A DNA stretch of 64,000 nucleotides from Nitrosopumilaceae archaeon (GCA_965214835.1 CBDCCK010000002.1:2912001-2976000), one strand, 5' to 3'; shown: positions 1-9,734, counted from the first letter of the stretch. Numbers and translations: made by a program. Notes: a model not told the origin generated them from the sequence alone.

Positions 1-1061
1 AAGAATGGATACGTGCTTGTCACTACCCAGTCAGGCCCTACGATGTCGGGCTTTGTCCTGCCGTCTGCCGTCGGTCCCCTGGATGAAAAGGCTTCCAGGC
101 TCTCAGTGGAGTGGTGTACTGCTCCGGTCGTGACTGCGCCTTCTGCATCTCCTGGAATTGTTATGCTGCCTGCCGCAACCATGTGGGGCGCCTCGATTTC
201 ATGGTTGAAGCTAATCAGCTTCAGGGTCTTGACTGCCGCGTTGCTTGCCTTTTCTACTCTTACCTCGTAGGTACCGGCAGACTGAACCGGATACAACAAG
301 TACTCCACCGGATCATCATTTCCGTTTTGAATAGTCATACTACCTCTTACCATATGGTTTGTGCTGTTGTACAAGTACAAGTCATAGTTATTGCCGGATG
401 ATCCCCAGGTATCATCCCAGGTTAATTCTAATTTTATTGTTCTATTTGCGGCAGACCAAATGTCTATACCGTCATCTGACACGCTAAAGTTATTCCAACT
501 ATCCGAGTCCGGATCACTAAAGTTTCCGCTCCAGTGCTTGTTTGCAGCGTTTCCGGCTGATTTTATCCACGTAATGCCTGCATCACGCGCCTCGTTTATC
601 TTCTGAGATGGCTCACTTGTGCCGTCGTAAGGTCCAATCCTAGGAATATACATGGACATTGTTACTATGTCGATGTCTCCGCGCTCTATGATGTGATCAA
701 CCATCTCTGCGAATTTTCCAGTATTGAAATTATATAGATAAAGACTTGCGTTTGGCGCCACATCCAACACAATTTCTGCAACCCCGGTCCCATGATCAGT
801 GGAGCCCCCCGCAGTTATGTCCGGAGTGTAACGAAAGGAGGTATGATTTGCGATGTTTGGCGCAATCTCGAGATTTGTCACGTTGAAGCCTATATCGATG
901 ACCGCTATGTTGACTCCTTGGCCTGTGTATCCCATGCCGTTTACAAAATCAGATTCAATTGTTTGCACGCCCTGGGAGGTTATGTGACTTGCGTGCGCAG
1001 CCGTTGCTGCCAGAGACGTTGCAATCAGCACCGACAATAAAGTAATAACGCTAGACTTCAA
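1..1061 (-). CDS. Secreted S8 subtilisin-like serine protease, 3' end beyond window start (missing from ORF track)
   Basis: Manual translation from TTG at 1061: MKSSVITLLSVLIATSLAATAAHA signal peptide, then GQGVNIAVIDIGF (catalytic Asp), DHGTGVAEIV (His), KSAGN (oxyanion Asn) and AFSSRGPTADGRTKPDIVGP. Overlaps the stop of the upstream gene. Confidence 0.9.
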   Translation of the reverse strand, partial: MKSSVITLLSVLIATSLAATAAHASHITSQGVQTIESDFVNGMGYTGQGVNIAVIDIGFNVTNLEIAPNIANHTSFRYTPDITAGGSTDHGTGVAEIVLDVAPNASLYLYNFNTGKFAEMVDHIIERGDIDIVTMSMYIPRIGPYDGTSEPSQKINEARDAGITWIKSAGNAANKHWSGNFSDPDSDSWNNFSVSDDGIDIWSAANRTIKLELTWDDTWGSSGNNYDLYLYNSTNHMVRGSMTIQNGNDDPVEYLLYPVQSAGTYEVRVEKASNAAVKTLKLISFNHEIEAPHMVAAGSITIPGDAEGAVTTGAVHHSTESLEAFSSRGPTADGRTKPDIVGPDWVVTSTYPF

Positions 1062-1743
1062 TTTTTTTCCTAGTCCATTTTCTTCTATAGTGTACAAACG
1101 TGGCAGTCAGAACTGCTGCAACGATAGTTGCAGCTATCATCGTGTTGAAGACGGCATCCATGTTTGTGTCTTCTTGTGGTATTGGTTGAGTTTGCGGTTG
1201 TGCTGTAACTGGATGCTCCTGTTTTATTTCCTCCTGTGTAGGTTCTAATTGCTGCTGCATTAATGAATCTGGGCCGGGTTCAGCTATTTCTAAGACGTTG
1301 TCTACATTATCAAGTTCTATTAGTCTAACCAAGTCAGAAGGTGAAATTAAAATCACCATCTCGTAGCCCCCGTAAGACAGATAACACGATTTTGCCACCA
1401 CGCCTAATGCCTTTGGTATTGTGCAGTCATCAGATTCGAACTCAACTAAAACATACAGCCTTTCACCATGAATGCTTTTTTCTGAGACATGCCTGCTCCC
1501 CATCACGCCGGTTTCCTCGTGCTCCAGATAAACCTGATACAGGCTATATGCAAGTCCGTTTCTTACGGCATCAGGTATGTCCTTTCGCACCTCGCCTAGT
1601 TCGGTCTCCGTGGAGTTGGTCTGGGCAAAGACAGGCGACATGATTAAAGGTATGAGCGTTAATAACAGCAACAGAACAGTCCTGTTTTTGTCCAACGTTG
1701 CCATTGTTGATACTGCATGGCTCTGCCTAATAAGATAGATCAT
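1051..1743 (-). CDS. Exported, C-terminally membrane-anchored protein with a subtilase propeptide-like domain
   Basis: Signal peptide (VLLLLLTLIPLIMSPVFA), segment LYVLVEF...LGVVAKS...ILISPSDLVRLIELDNVDNV, Q/P/E linker, TM helix and basic tail. Real start probably at MATLDK. Confidence 0.7.
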   Translation of the reverse strand: MIYLIRQSHAVSTMATLDKNRTVLLLLLTLIPLIMSPVFAQTNSTETELGEVRKDIPDAVRNGLAYSLYQVYLEHEETGVMGSRHVSEKSIHGERLYVLVEFESDDCTIPKALGVVAKSCYLSYGGYEMVILISPSDLVRLIELDNVDNVLEIAEPGPDSLMQQQLEPTQEEIKQEHPVTAQPQTQPIPQEDTNMDAVFNTMIAATIVAAVLTATFVHYRRKWTRKKIEV

Positions 1744-1770
1744 CGCAGGTTCGTACTCTCATATACGAAT

Positions 1771-1795
1771 TGTGGGATCCAGAAAGCAGTTCTCC
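1771..1795. mobile_element. Isolated IS481-type terminal inverted repeat remnant
   Basis: TGTGGGATCCAGAAAGCAGTTC closely matches the IS481 ends at ~8599-8620 (reverse complement) and 8746. Confidence 0.55.
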
Positions 1796-1973
1796 CGTAA
1801 TGGGATGGCCCCTAGGCAGGATTGGAGTCACGGCCCTCTACCGAACATGTATGAAATTCGCATGTGACTGTGATCCTCGCGTCCAGATAATGACAGGTGC
1901 TGCCTGATAGACTGTTGCATAACTCCGACTAGAGCCCAGCCAATCCTTCTGGATCACTACCGGTGCTCGGTTC

Positions 1974-3296
1974 CTACATGGCAGTCACCGCCTCTGCGAT
2001 CCACTTGTTGTACAGCCATATCCTCAGCTTTACCTCCTGCACTATGTTGGACCACTTGAGGGCCTTTACGTCCTCGCCGAACATGCGCTTTATGGCCGAT
2101 ATCACGATCTCGACGATCCATCTACTGCCAAAGCCGACCGTGCTCTTCCAGTACCGCAGGTTCTCCTGCCTCTCCTCCTTTGACAGGTTGCCCACCGGCA
2201 CCTCGGGGCCGCCCCCGAGCTGCCATCGCACCAGCCGGCCCCACTTGTCGCCGGCGCCCTTGCCCCTTGCAGTACAGCTTGTCAAAAGCCGTATGAGGGG
2301 CATTACGTCGTACTTGTAGCACTCGGCTACGTTCTTTCTAGAGCCGTATGCGCCGTCTGCAAGCAGGATCTTGCCAGGTGTAATCTGGTCCTCGCCGGTG
2401 CCGAGCATATCTAGCGGCGATCTCCCGTCTGCAAGCATGTTGGGGATCTTGATTGTATCCACGATGTCAGGGCAGTCCTGCTCCTCTTCCTTCTTGATGC
2501 TCTTGATTGTATCCACGATGTCAGGGCAGTCCTGCTCCTCTTCCTTCTTGATGCTCTTGATTGTATCCACGATGTCAGGGCAGTCCTGCTCCTCTTCCTT
2601 CTTGATGCTCTTGATTGTATCCACGATGTCAGGGCAGTCCTGCTCCTCTTCCTTCTTGATGCTCTTGATTGTATCCACGATGTCAGGGCAGTCCTGCTCC
2701 TCTTCCTTCTTGATGCTCTTGATTGTATCCACGATGTCAGGGCAGTCCTGCTCCTCTTCCTTCTTGATGCTCCTGGCCGCCTCCTCAAGCAGCGCAGGCA
2801 GCTCCGTGCTGTCGCCGACTGCCTCGCTTGTGACGGACACTGCCAGCACCTGCTTGGTGTCTGCGTCTACCATCAGGTGCATCTTGACGAACCCGCGCCT
2901 TACCTTCCATTTCTTGCGTATCCACTCGCCCCGGTTGTGCTGCTTGAGGCCCGTGGCATCGGCTATCATGACCAGGTTGTTGGACTTGTCGCGCACGGTA
3001 ATTATGTGCTCTGCAATGTCGACGTCAAGCTTCTGCATCCTCCTGAATATCGTGGTATAGCACGGCGAGTCCATACCCCTTAGCATTTCCCCGAACATGC
3101 CTGACAGCTGCCTGTACGGTATCATCAATGCGGTCCTGAGGGCGGCCGCGGCCATTATCATGCCTTCCGCGTACAGGAACGGGGCGCCCTCCTTGTGGCG
3201 GTTGGCATCCTTGAGATCCTTCTCCCAGCCGGGGTCGTGCTTGACGACCAGGCCGGCTCCCCTCTCTACGTACTTTGCGTTATCCGTGTGTGTCAA
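1974..3296 (-). CDS. IS5/ISH1-group DDE transposase with internal 18-aa tandem repeat
   Basis: Motifs IADATGLK, GEWIRKKW...RRGFVKMHL, LADGAY, RWIVEIVISAIKRMFGE. Confidence 0.9.
   Translation of the reverse strand: MTHTDNAKYVERGAGLVVKHDPGWEKDLKDANRHKEGAPFLYAEGMIMAAAALRTALMIPYRQLSGMFGEMLRGMDSPCYTTIFRRMQKLDVDIAEHIITVRDKSNNLVMIADATGLKQHNRGEWIRKKWKVRRGFVKMHLMVDADTKQVLAVSVTSEAVGDSTELPALLEEAARSIKKEEEQDCPDIVDTIKSIKKEEEQDCPDIVDTIKSIKKEEEQDCPDIVDTIKSIKKEEEQDCPDIVDTIKSIKKEEEQDCPDIVDTIKSIKKEEEQDCPDIVDTIKIPNMLADGRSPLDMLGTGEDQITPGKILLADGAYGSRKNVAECYKYDVMPLIRLLTSCTARGKGAGDKWGRLVRWQLGGGPEVPVGNLSKEERQENLRYWKSTVGFGSRWIVEIVISAIKRMFGEDVKALKWSNIVQEVKLRIWLYNKWIAEAVTAM
2448..2772. repeat. Perfect 54-bp tandem repeat x6 (SIKKEEEQDCPDIVDTIK)
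   Basis: Unit GATTGTATCCACGATGTCAGGGCAGTCCTGCTCCTCTTCCTTCTTGATGCTCTT starts at 2451, 2505, 2559, 2613, 2667 and 2721, with no spacers. Confidence 0.97.
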
Positions 3297-3517
3297 CTGA
3301 TACCATACAAGGCATCCTCATGATCCATTACTTTTTCGGCCAAGTTTCGTTGATCATTATGGTGATTTTCGGTCAAGTTTCAGATTTTAGGCAGGGTTAT
3401 GCAACAGTCTACTGCCTGATCAACGCCTGTCATTCCGCGCTTAAATCATCAGACGCATGGCGATGGCAGTGTCCCTTGGGAGGTTCGTCACAATGGCCAG
3501 CGCCATCCGCAACAAGT

Positions 3518-3634
3518 CACAAGAACACGGCAGCTCGGATATCCTCATTCAATAGGTAGTACGCGAAGCACATGCATAACGAGGGGCTGATCCGTCATCA
3601 CGACTACGGCAAGAGTGTTTTTATCATGTGTTCA
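3518..3634 (-). ncRNA. Truncated IS110 left end / bridge-RNA-like copy D
   Basis: Homologous to ~39665-39781. Retains the target loop with guide CGTTATGCA; donor loop is truncated. Confidence 0.7.
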
Positions 3635-3656
3635 ACAAACTAAGAGAAACAACACG

Positions 3657-5417
3657 AGACCTTATGCGTAAACGACCGGATCGAAATATTCCGACGGTGG
3701 CCGACCACACATGCAAGGCTGACGGCATCACATGACGTGTATGAGCGCGGTAAAGTCCGCATGTCGTATATCTACGGATCATTACAGCTGGTAAAAACTA
3801 CAATGTCGTGCAGCATCGTGTGGCGCCGCAATGCGCTCCGTATCGTGATATCAGAACCCACGCGTGAGCTTCTTGTTCCGCTTGTCCCACAACAGCCTAA
3901 AGTTGGCAAGCCCGGCCGTCACCTGGAACTCCCTGTCGAACTCCTCGGCGGTCCCGTCGTACGGATCACGCATCCGCTTGTACTGCTTGATGCGCCCTAT
4001 GGTGTGCTCTACTGTCACCCTCTTGCTGCTTATCCTCCTGTTCTGCGCCTTCTGTTTCTTTGTAAGCTTGCCCCCCCTTGGCTTCTTGTTAGGTTGCATT
4101 GATATGACTCCCGGGTACAGATTCTTGATTCCCACGTATCCCAGGTCCGAGAGCAGTTTTACCTTCTCGTCCTCGGGGTGCTTTCTGTTGCTGCGCATCC
4201 TGGCAGTCAGGGCTCCCAGATCCGGGGGGTTGTTCTTTATCATGGTGAGATCGTGCGCGCTTCCGGGCGCCGACTCGCTTGCATGCATCGCCAGTCCCGT
4301 CTGGTCTGCAATCACCCGGGGTGTTGCGCGTAAAGTCCTTCTTCTTGCCCGAGTACGCCCCCCTTTCTTGGCTCCTTGTCCGAGGGGCGCTGTATTTTGA
4401 TGTGCGTGCCGTCTACCATTATGGTCAGATCCGGGACGATCTTCTTGACCTCCTTGATCGTACGGGCGTTTCGTATCTTCTGAGATATGGTGTCCGGCGT
4501 GGGCAGTATCTTGAGAAATATCATGTCGCAATACTTGAGGTACCTGCATACCGTACTCTGGTCTATGCCAAAGAACGCCGCAAGCTGCTCCTGCGTCGGG
4601 TTTCCGTACTTGCGCATCAGCGACATCAGCAGGGCGTGACGGTAGGACAGCTTGCACCGGTTTCCGGGCCCGTCGTCCTCGTCCTCTGAAAACAGGGGTG
4701 CCCTCCGTATGCTCTTTGGCAAGCTCCGTAAACCGGTCGGATATATGGTCAAACTGGCGGCGGTCCATCGACGTGGTGGACTGCAGGGATTCGCCGCCGA
4801 TTATGTCCTCGAGCACCTCGAGCCTGTGCATGAAGGCGGCATTGTTTACGGTACGCCTGTCGTCATCCCAGGTTGCGGGCCACATCCGGCGCTCGGTGTC
4901 CAGCCGCTGCTCCAGCTGCCCTATCCTCTCCTGATCCTTCTCGTGCCTCCTGTCGTCCTGCCTGCTCTTTCTTTCGTACTCTCTGATCTTCTTTCTGTAC
5001 TGCATCCTCTCCTTCCTGCCCCGCGCCTTCTCCTTCTTGTCCTTCCTGATCCTTCTCGTGCCTCTTGATCCTCTTCTCGTACTTCTTGATCTTCTTTTTG
5101 TCCCGCGCCTTCTCCTTCCTGTCCTGCTTAGTCCTCTTCTCGTACTCTCTGATCTTCTTTTTGTCCCGCGCCTTCTCCTTCCTGTCCTGCTCGATCCTCT
5201 TCCTCAGCCGTTGTATCAGCTCGTCCTTGTACTCTGACATCACCCTTGTGTGGGAATGGATCCCGGATCTAAATCAACCGGATGAAAATACTTGCAGGTT
5301 TGATCAAATATTTTCAACGTAATGAGGTACAGTCACGCGTGCGCTGGCCCTGACTCGCCCCATTTGTAGCCCGTGCGCCGGGGGCATCGCCGCTAATTTC
5401 GTTTACGCATAAGGTCT
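3657..5417 (-). mobile_element. IS5-family (ISL2/IS1031-like, DDE_Tnp_4-type) element with frameshifted transposase
   Basis: TIR AGACCTTATGCGTAAACGA at both ends and 3-bp TSD ACG. Transposase split over ORFs 4863-5243, 4312-4752 and 3851-5005 (FGIDQSTVCR HTH, VDGTH, SDLGYVG, RVTVEHTIGRIK). Confidence 0.88.
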
Positions 5418-5444
5418 ACGTTAAAATACGGTACATGACACTAT

Positions 5445-5672
5445 GTGATTATGGTCACAATATGTTTTGAAAACGCAGGAATACAAAACCCCGAAAATTC
5501 CCGTGAATTGGTCATTGATGATTCGAAAGGAGCAGATGAAAGAAGAATAATCAGATGTTCTAATGATAATGGGGATGCAAATGCCGATCCCGGATACACT
5601 ATAGCGTTATCAGACAATGATATATTGAGGCTTGCCAAACAACTACTTCATTGTGTCAACAACCGGACGTAG
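5445..5672 (+). CDS. Hypothetical protein
   Basis: 75-aa ORF with protein-like composition; no recognisable motif. Confidence 0.45.
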   Translation: MIMVTICFENAGIQNPENSRELVIDDSKGADERRIIRCSNDNGDANADPGYTIALSDNDILRLAKQLLHCVNNRT

Positions 5673-5930
5673 TCCGACTCGTCTGTTATCCGCACAACCT
5701 ATCTTCAACATTTTCAATACAAGTCATGCCTGCTCCCTTCCCTCGTTCCCAGTGACGATGATGGTGACGGTGACTTTTGTGACGACGCAATGACGGATCT
5801 AATCTTATCGTGCAGACGCTTGTCGCCTGTCATATTTCATATCATCCCGGCTGATTTGCGGATCTTGGCTGCCGTCCAGTTCACACTGAAACCCGAGTCT
5901 TTCCAGCCAGAGAGCCCCGCATGATGCCGC

Positions 5931-6173
5931 TCAAAACTTTAGCCATGGCAACTTTCTCAGTCCGTCAAAGAACTGCTCGTAGATCTCTGATTCCATATGG
6001 CTGTCTCCCGAAAAATTCTCAATTATGTCCAGTGTCTCATCGATCACCTGCATCAGCTCGATCTCCTGTTCCGTTGTAAGATGCTCGTGACACATTGCCA
6101 GCAGTTTGACATTCTGCAGGCGGGACTTGAGATGTTCAAGCCTTAGCGTACCTCCCGGAGGTGATAACGACAT
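5931..6173 (-). CDS. Hypothetical helical protein
   Basis: 80-aa ORF, amphipathic acidic helices. Confidence 0.5.
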   Translation of the reverse strand: MSLSPPGGTLRLEHLKSRLQNVKLLAMCHEHLTTEQEIELMQVIDETLDIIENFSGDSHMESEIYEQFFDGLRKLPWLKF

Positions 6174-6218
6174 TCTGGCACACGCATCACTTTCTGACGT
6201 TTTAATGTCTTTGAAAAC

Positions 6219-6436
6219 TGATCTGGATCCCGTATTTTCGAACCACTTTTTGGGCGTTTTTGCGTAGTTCTGGCATCATCTGCCTGCCTCCCTTTGGTGC
6301 CGTACGATGAACTCCATCGGAGTGAGATATCTAAGCGAGGAGCGTATTCTATCATGATTACAGTCCCTAAAGGCCTCCTTTATGACGTCTGTCGGCGTCC
6401 GTCCGTGGCAATTGCGCCGTAGGCCACAGTCCTGCG
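6219..6436 (-). mobile_element. IS3-family right-end fragment
   Basis: TGATCTGGATCCCGTATTTTCGAACC end nearly identical to 11858; encodes NHDRIRSSLRYLTPMEF. Confidence 0.8.
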
Positions 6437-6741
6437 GCGGCGTTGTTCTCAAAGGTGGCGCGCTCAAGCAGCTTGCCCGAGTCGTCCTTTATTGCAACGA
6501 CGCACCTCTTCTTGTGAACGTCTATTCCTACGTTGATCATGTTATCACCTCCTTTTTGATCAAAATGCCTGATCTGGGCGGAATCTCCCATTCACCGTCT
6601 GTGCGGTACGTTGCTTTCCGCCTACCGTTACGGGTCAGTCTATAGGACACCCTTGATGCGCGTGGTAAGTGACAATCGACCCTCAGGCCCAACAACAATA
6701 ATAGCATATCACTGGATATAGATAAGATTTCATATAGCGTC
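6437..6741 (-). mobile_element. IS110-family 5' fragment (second lineage) with structured non-coding left end
   Basis: MINVGIDVHKKRCVVAIKDDSGK...FENN (RuvC-like N-terminus) with RBS AAGGAGGTGA. About 200 bp upstream has paired stems GGGTC/GACCC and GGCGGAA/TTCCGCC. Confidence 0.8.
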
Positions 6742-7310
6742 TATAGACCTGTCGGATACTGCCATTCCTGAAAACGTAATGTGGAATGACGACATCAAAA
6801 AGCGAGCGATTAACGAAACCCTCTCCAGCCTTATCGAAATAGCCCAGGCGAAATATAATGAAAGGGGGTTGCTCAACGCGCTGGTGGTTCTAGACGAGGC
6901 CCACAGGTATGCTCCGAGGGAGCACACCGATGATCCAGCCGTCAATTTGCTAAAAAACACGCTGAAGGATGCTGTGCGGGAGACGCGCAAGTTCGGTTTG
7001 GACTGGATGCTGATAAACCAGTCAATTGCAGGACTAGACAGGGAACTCATCAACCAAATGGGAATGTATTTCTTTGGATACGGTCTGATATACGGCGCGG
7101 AAAGGCAAGCGTTGATGGAATTGATCGGAGGGCATGAATCGGCCGCCCGGCTTTATGCGCAATTCAAGGATCCAGCAAGACGCTCCAGCCACGTTCGTAC
7201 TCGTTCATGAGCGTTGGCCCGTCATCGCCAATGTCGTTTTCACAGGCTCCGCTTTTTTTCAATGCCATCCAGTATCCTAGTGAGTACGTACAAGCCAACA
7301 TAGTAAACTA
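6742..7310 (+). pseudogene. C-terminal fragment of HerA/FtsK-like ATPase, 5'-truncated and frameshifted
   Basis: IDLS...LVVLDEAHRYAP (Walker B)...RETRKFGL..MLINQS; frameshift near 7180. Confidence 0.75.
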
Positions 7311-7328
7311 GGCATGGTCATGGGTGGG

Positions 7329-8620
7329 TGTATAGTCCGAAAAGTAGTTCACCCCTTCTCCGAGTGTGTAAAGTCGGTCAGGACCAGATGTGCCAGCTTG
7401 ACCCACACTGGAAGCACGGGTGTGTGGGTCTGGCGACGAAAGCTCCGTAAATACGTGAGCCCTGGGCACCCAAACGGCATGAAGCTAGAGAAAAGCCAGG
7501 TGGAATGGATAGTGAGGGAAAAGAAAAAGGGCGAGCTTACCAACGCCCGGACAGCCGGAACCATGGACGTGACGGTACGGTGGGTCCAGAAGCTGTGGGC
7601 CAGGCACAAAGGCCGCCCTACGGCAAGTGAGATATCGCATCCTGCGCCAATGGGAAGGCCCCAGAACGGCCTGCCAGGGGGGGGTTGTCGCCTAATTCGC
7701 CAGAATCCCTGAAAACCATTGAGTTGCCATATGGATCAGGCGTGTAAAAGGGCGGAAATTCAGAAAAACATGCAGGTTGAGTCAAATAAGTAGAATTAGG
7801 CGACAACCCCCCCCTGCCAGGACGCAGAGAGCACTCTGCAGTCATGTCTGCCAGACATGCAGAACACATGGGGGCTGCCGGACTGCAGCGGCGCATAGCA
7901 GAGCAGACCGGAATCCATATCACGCATGGCATCATACACAAGATACTGAGGGACGAGGAGATGGCAGAGGTACAGCCCAACAAGGGTACGAGGCACAGGT
8001 GGATCCGCTACGAGCGCGAGTACTCAAACTCGCTGTGGCATACGGACTGGAAGCAGATCCACGGCGGAATGCACGACGGCAGATGGTTCCTGTGCTACGA
8101 GGATGATGCCTCCAGGTTTGTGACCGGATACGGCATCTTTGATAACGCCACGGCCAGGAACGCCCTGGCCGTGCTTGAGACGGCAATGGAAAGGCACGGT
8201 AAGCCGGCCTCAATCATGACAGACCACGGCAGCCAGTTCTATGCCAACGAGGAGACGGCAAAAAAGAGGGGGGAAGGCGAGTTTGAGAAGGATCTGGTGA
8301 ATCTGGGAATACGGCAGATCCTGGCAGGCGTGGGACGTCCACAGACCAACGGAAAGGTCGAGCGCCTCCACGGGGAGATCCAGCGCAAGCTGCACGAGTT
8401 CGAGGAGATCATGATGAGAAAGAGCGACCCGATAGACCTGTTCATGCAGTGGTACAATCATGACAGGCCCCACAGGTCGCTGGACTGGGACAACCAGGAG
8501 ACGCCCGCACAGGCATTTCTCAGAAAGATGCCCAAGGAGGGGGAAACCGTTATTGACGGGCAGACAGGGGAGGAGTATGATGTCAGATAAGGGGGGGCGA
8601 ACTACTTTCTGGATCCCACA
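7329..8620 (+). mobile_element. IS481-family element, transposase interrupted by a MITE
   Basis: TGT...ACA termini, TIR TCC(G/A)GAAA(A)GTAGTTC and a 17-bp flanking direct repeat. Transposase 7479-8590 (LWHTDWK, EDDASR, TDHGSQF, PQTNGKVER) is split at 7679-7812. Confidence 0.88.
7679..7812. mobile_element. 134-bp MITE with GGGGTTGTCGCCTAATTC TIR
   Basis: Perfect TIR and 9-bp TSD CCTGCCAGG (7670-7678, 7813-7821). Removing it restores NGLPGRREHSAVMSAR in frame. Confidence 0.9.
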
Positions 8621-8745
8621 GCATGGTCATGGGTGGGAACAAGTGGAAGACCATAACCCAGAATGCCGCAAAGTCCGATCTACCGACACTTTCCAGAGAG
8701 AAATCATCTACCGTAAACTTTCCAGTTCCTTATTTTGTACACGTA

Positions 8746-9255
8746 TGTGGGATCCGAAAAGTAGTTCACACCCCTCCCCCCTATCTGACAAATGTCGTAT
8801 CTGAAAATTATTTCACCAAGTGACATCGTACTTCTCTCCTGACTGTTCGTCAACAACCGTGGTTTCCTTTGTGGACATCTTGCGCCCATATGCTTGCGCG
8901 GGCGTCTTCTGGTTCTTTCAGTCAAGGGACATGTGGGGCCTATCGTAGTTGTACCACTTCATGAACAGATCCGTGGGATCGCTCTTTCTCATCATCATAT
9001 CCTCGAACTCGTGCAGCCTGCGCTGTATCTCGCCGTGCAGCCTCTCTACCTTGCCGTTTGTCTGCGGATGGCGCACCCCGGCAAGGACCTGCCGTATGCC
9101 TAGGGCCTCCAAGCTCCCCTCGAACCTGCTACGCCCCCCCCCCCTTTGCGCCCTGCTTTTCGTTTGCATAAAACTGGCTTCCGTGATCCGTCATTATTGA
9201 GGCAGGCCTGCCATGGTTCTGCATGGCCTCGTCAAGCACCTTGAGAGCGTTGCAC
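8746..9255 (-). pseudogene. Degraded IS481 transposase 3' fragment with TIR
   Basis: HPQTNGKVERLHGEIQRR; TIR TGTGGGATCCGAAAAGTAGTTC at 8746. Confidence 0.85.
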
Positions 9256-9267
9256 ATGGTAAGCTCC

Positions 9268-9330
9268 GATCGACTCAGGCCCAACAGTAATGCTAGATCA
9301 GAGGATACGGATGAGATTTCATATAACGTC
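9268..9330 (-). mobile_element. Remnant of the left end of the second IS110 lineage
   Basis: CTCAGGCCCAACA...AGATTTCATATA(A/G)CGTCTA is shared with 6682-6743. Confidence 0.6.
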
Positions 9331-9431
9331 TACTGAGATGGGCGATTATTTGAGATAGACACGACGTACAGTTGGAAATGCGCCGGTTCCCACCGATATT
9401 GGGTTTTGAATTGTGATGGTTCTGACACTGG

Positions 9432-9704
9432 TCATTTTCCCGTATCGTGGTTTGATGCCAGTAACATCGCCTTTGCAAGATCACCTCCGGATCTAAGAAG
9501 GGCATCATTTGCGGTGTCTGCATCACATCCTGTCTGTGTCATCACCGCCTGCAGGTCAATCTTGCTGACATACAGCCCGTTGTCGCTTATCCACAGTACC
9601 GACCGCAGGATGTCACCATTGAACTTCATCAAGGCGCAGATGGCCACCTCTCTGGTACACCCAAACCGCATCAGGTTGTTGATTTTTTCCTCCTCACGGA
9701 TCAT
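9432..9704 (-). CDS. Protein with two tandem UBA-like (NAC/HYPK-type) three-helix domains
   Basis: LMRFGCTREVAICALMKFNGDILRSV and IDLQAVMTQTGCDADTANDALLRSGGDLAKAM. Confidence 0.65.
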   Translation of the reverse strand: MIREEEKINNLMRFGCTREVAICALMKFNGDILRSVLWISDNGLYVSKIDLQAVMTQTGCDADTANDALLRSGGDLAKAMLLASNHDTGK

Positions 9705-9734
9705 ATCTGCTGGAAAAAACCGGGTGACGGCATG

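Larger units (their letters stand above)
1908..3411 (-). mobile_element. IS5-family (ISH1-like) insertion sequence, complete
   Basis: Perfect 16-bp TIR TAGACTGTTGCATAAC (1908-1923 / 3396-3411) and 8-bp TSD CTGCCTGA (1900-1907, 3412-3419). Confidence 0.92.

Noticed and set aside
2448-2772. Possible CRISPR array
   Set aside because: Units are contiguous and identical with no spacers, and lie in frame within a transposase.
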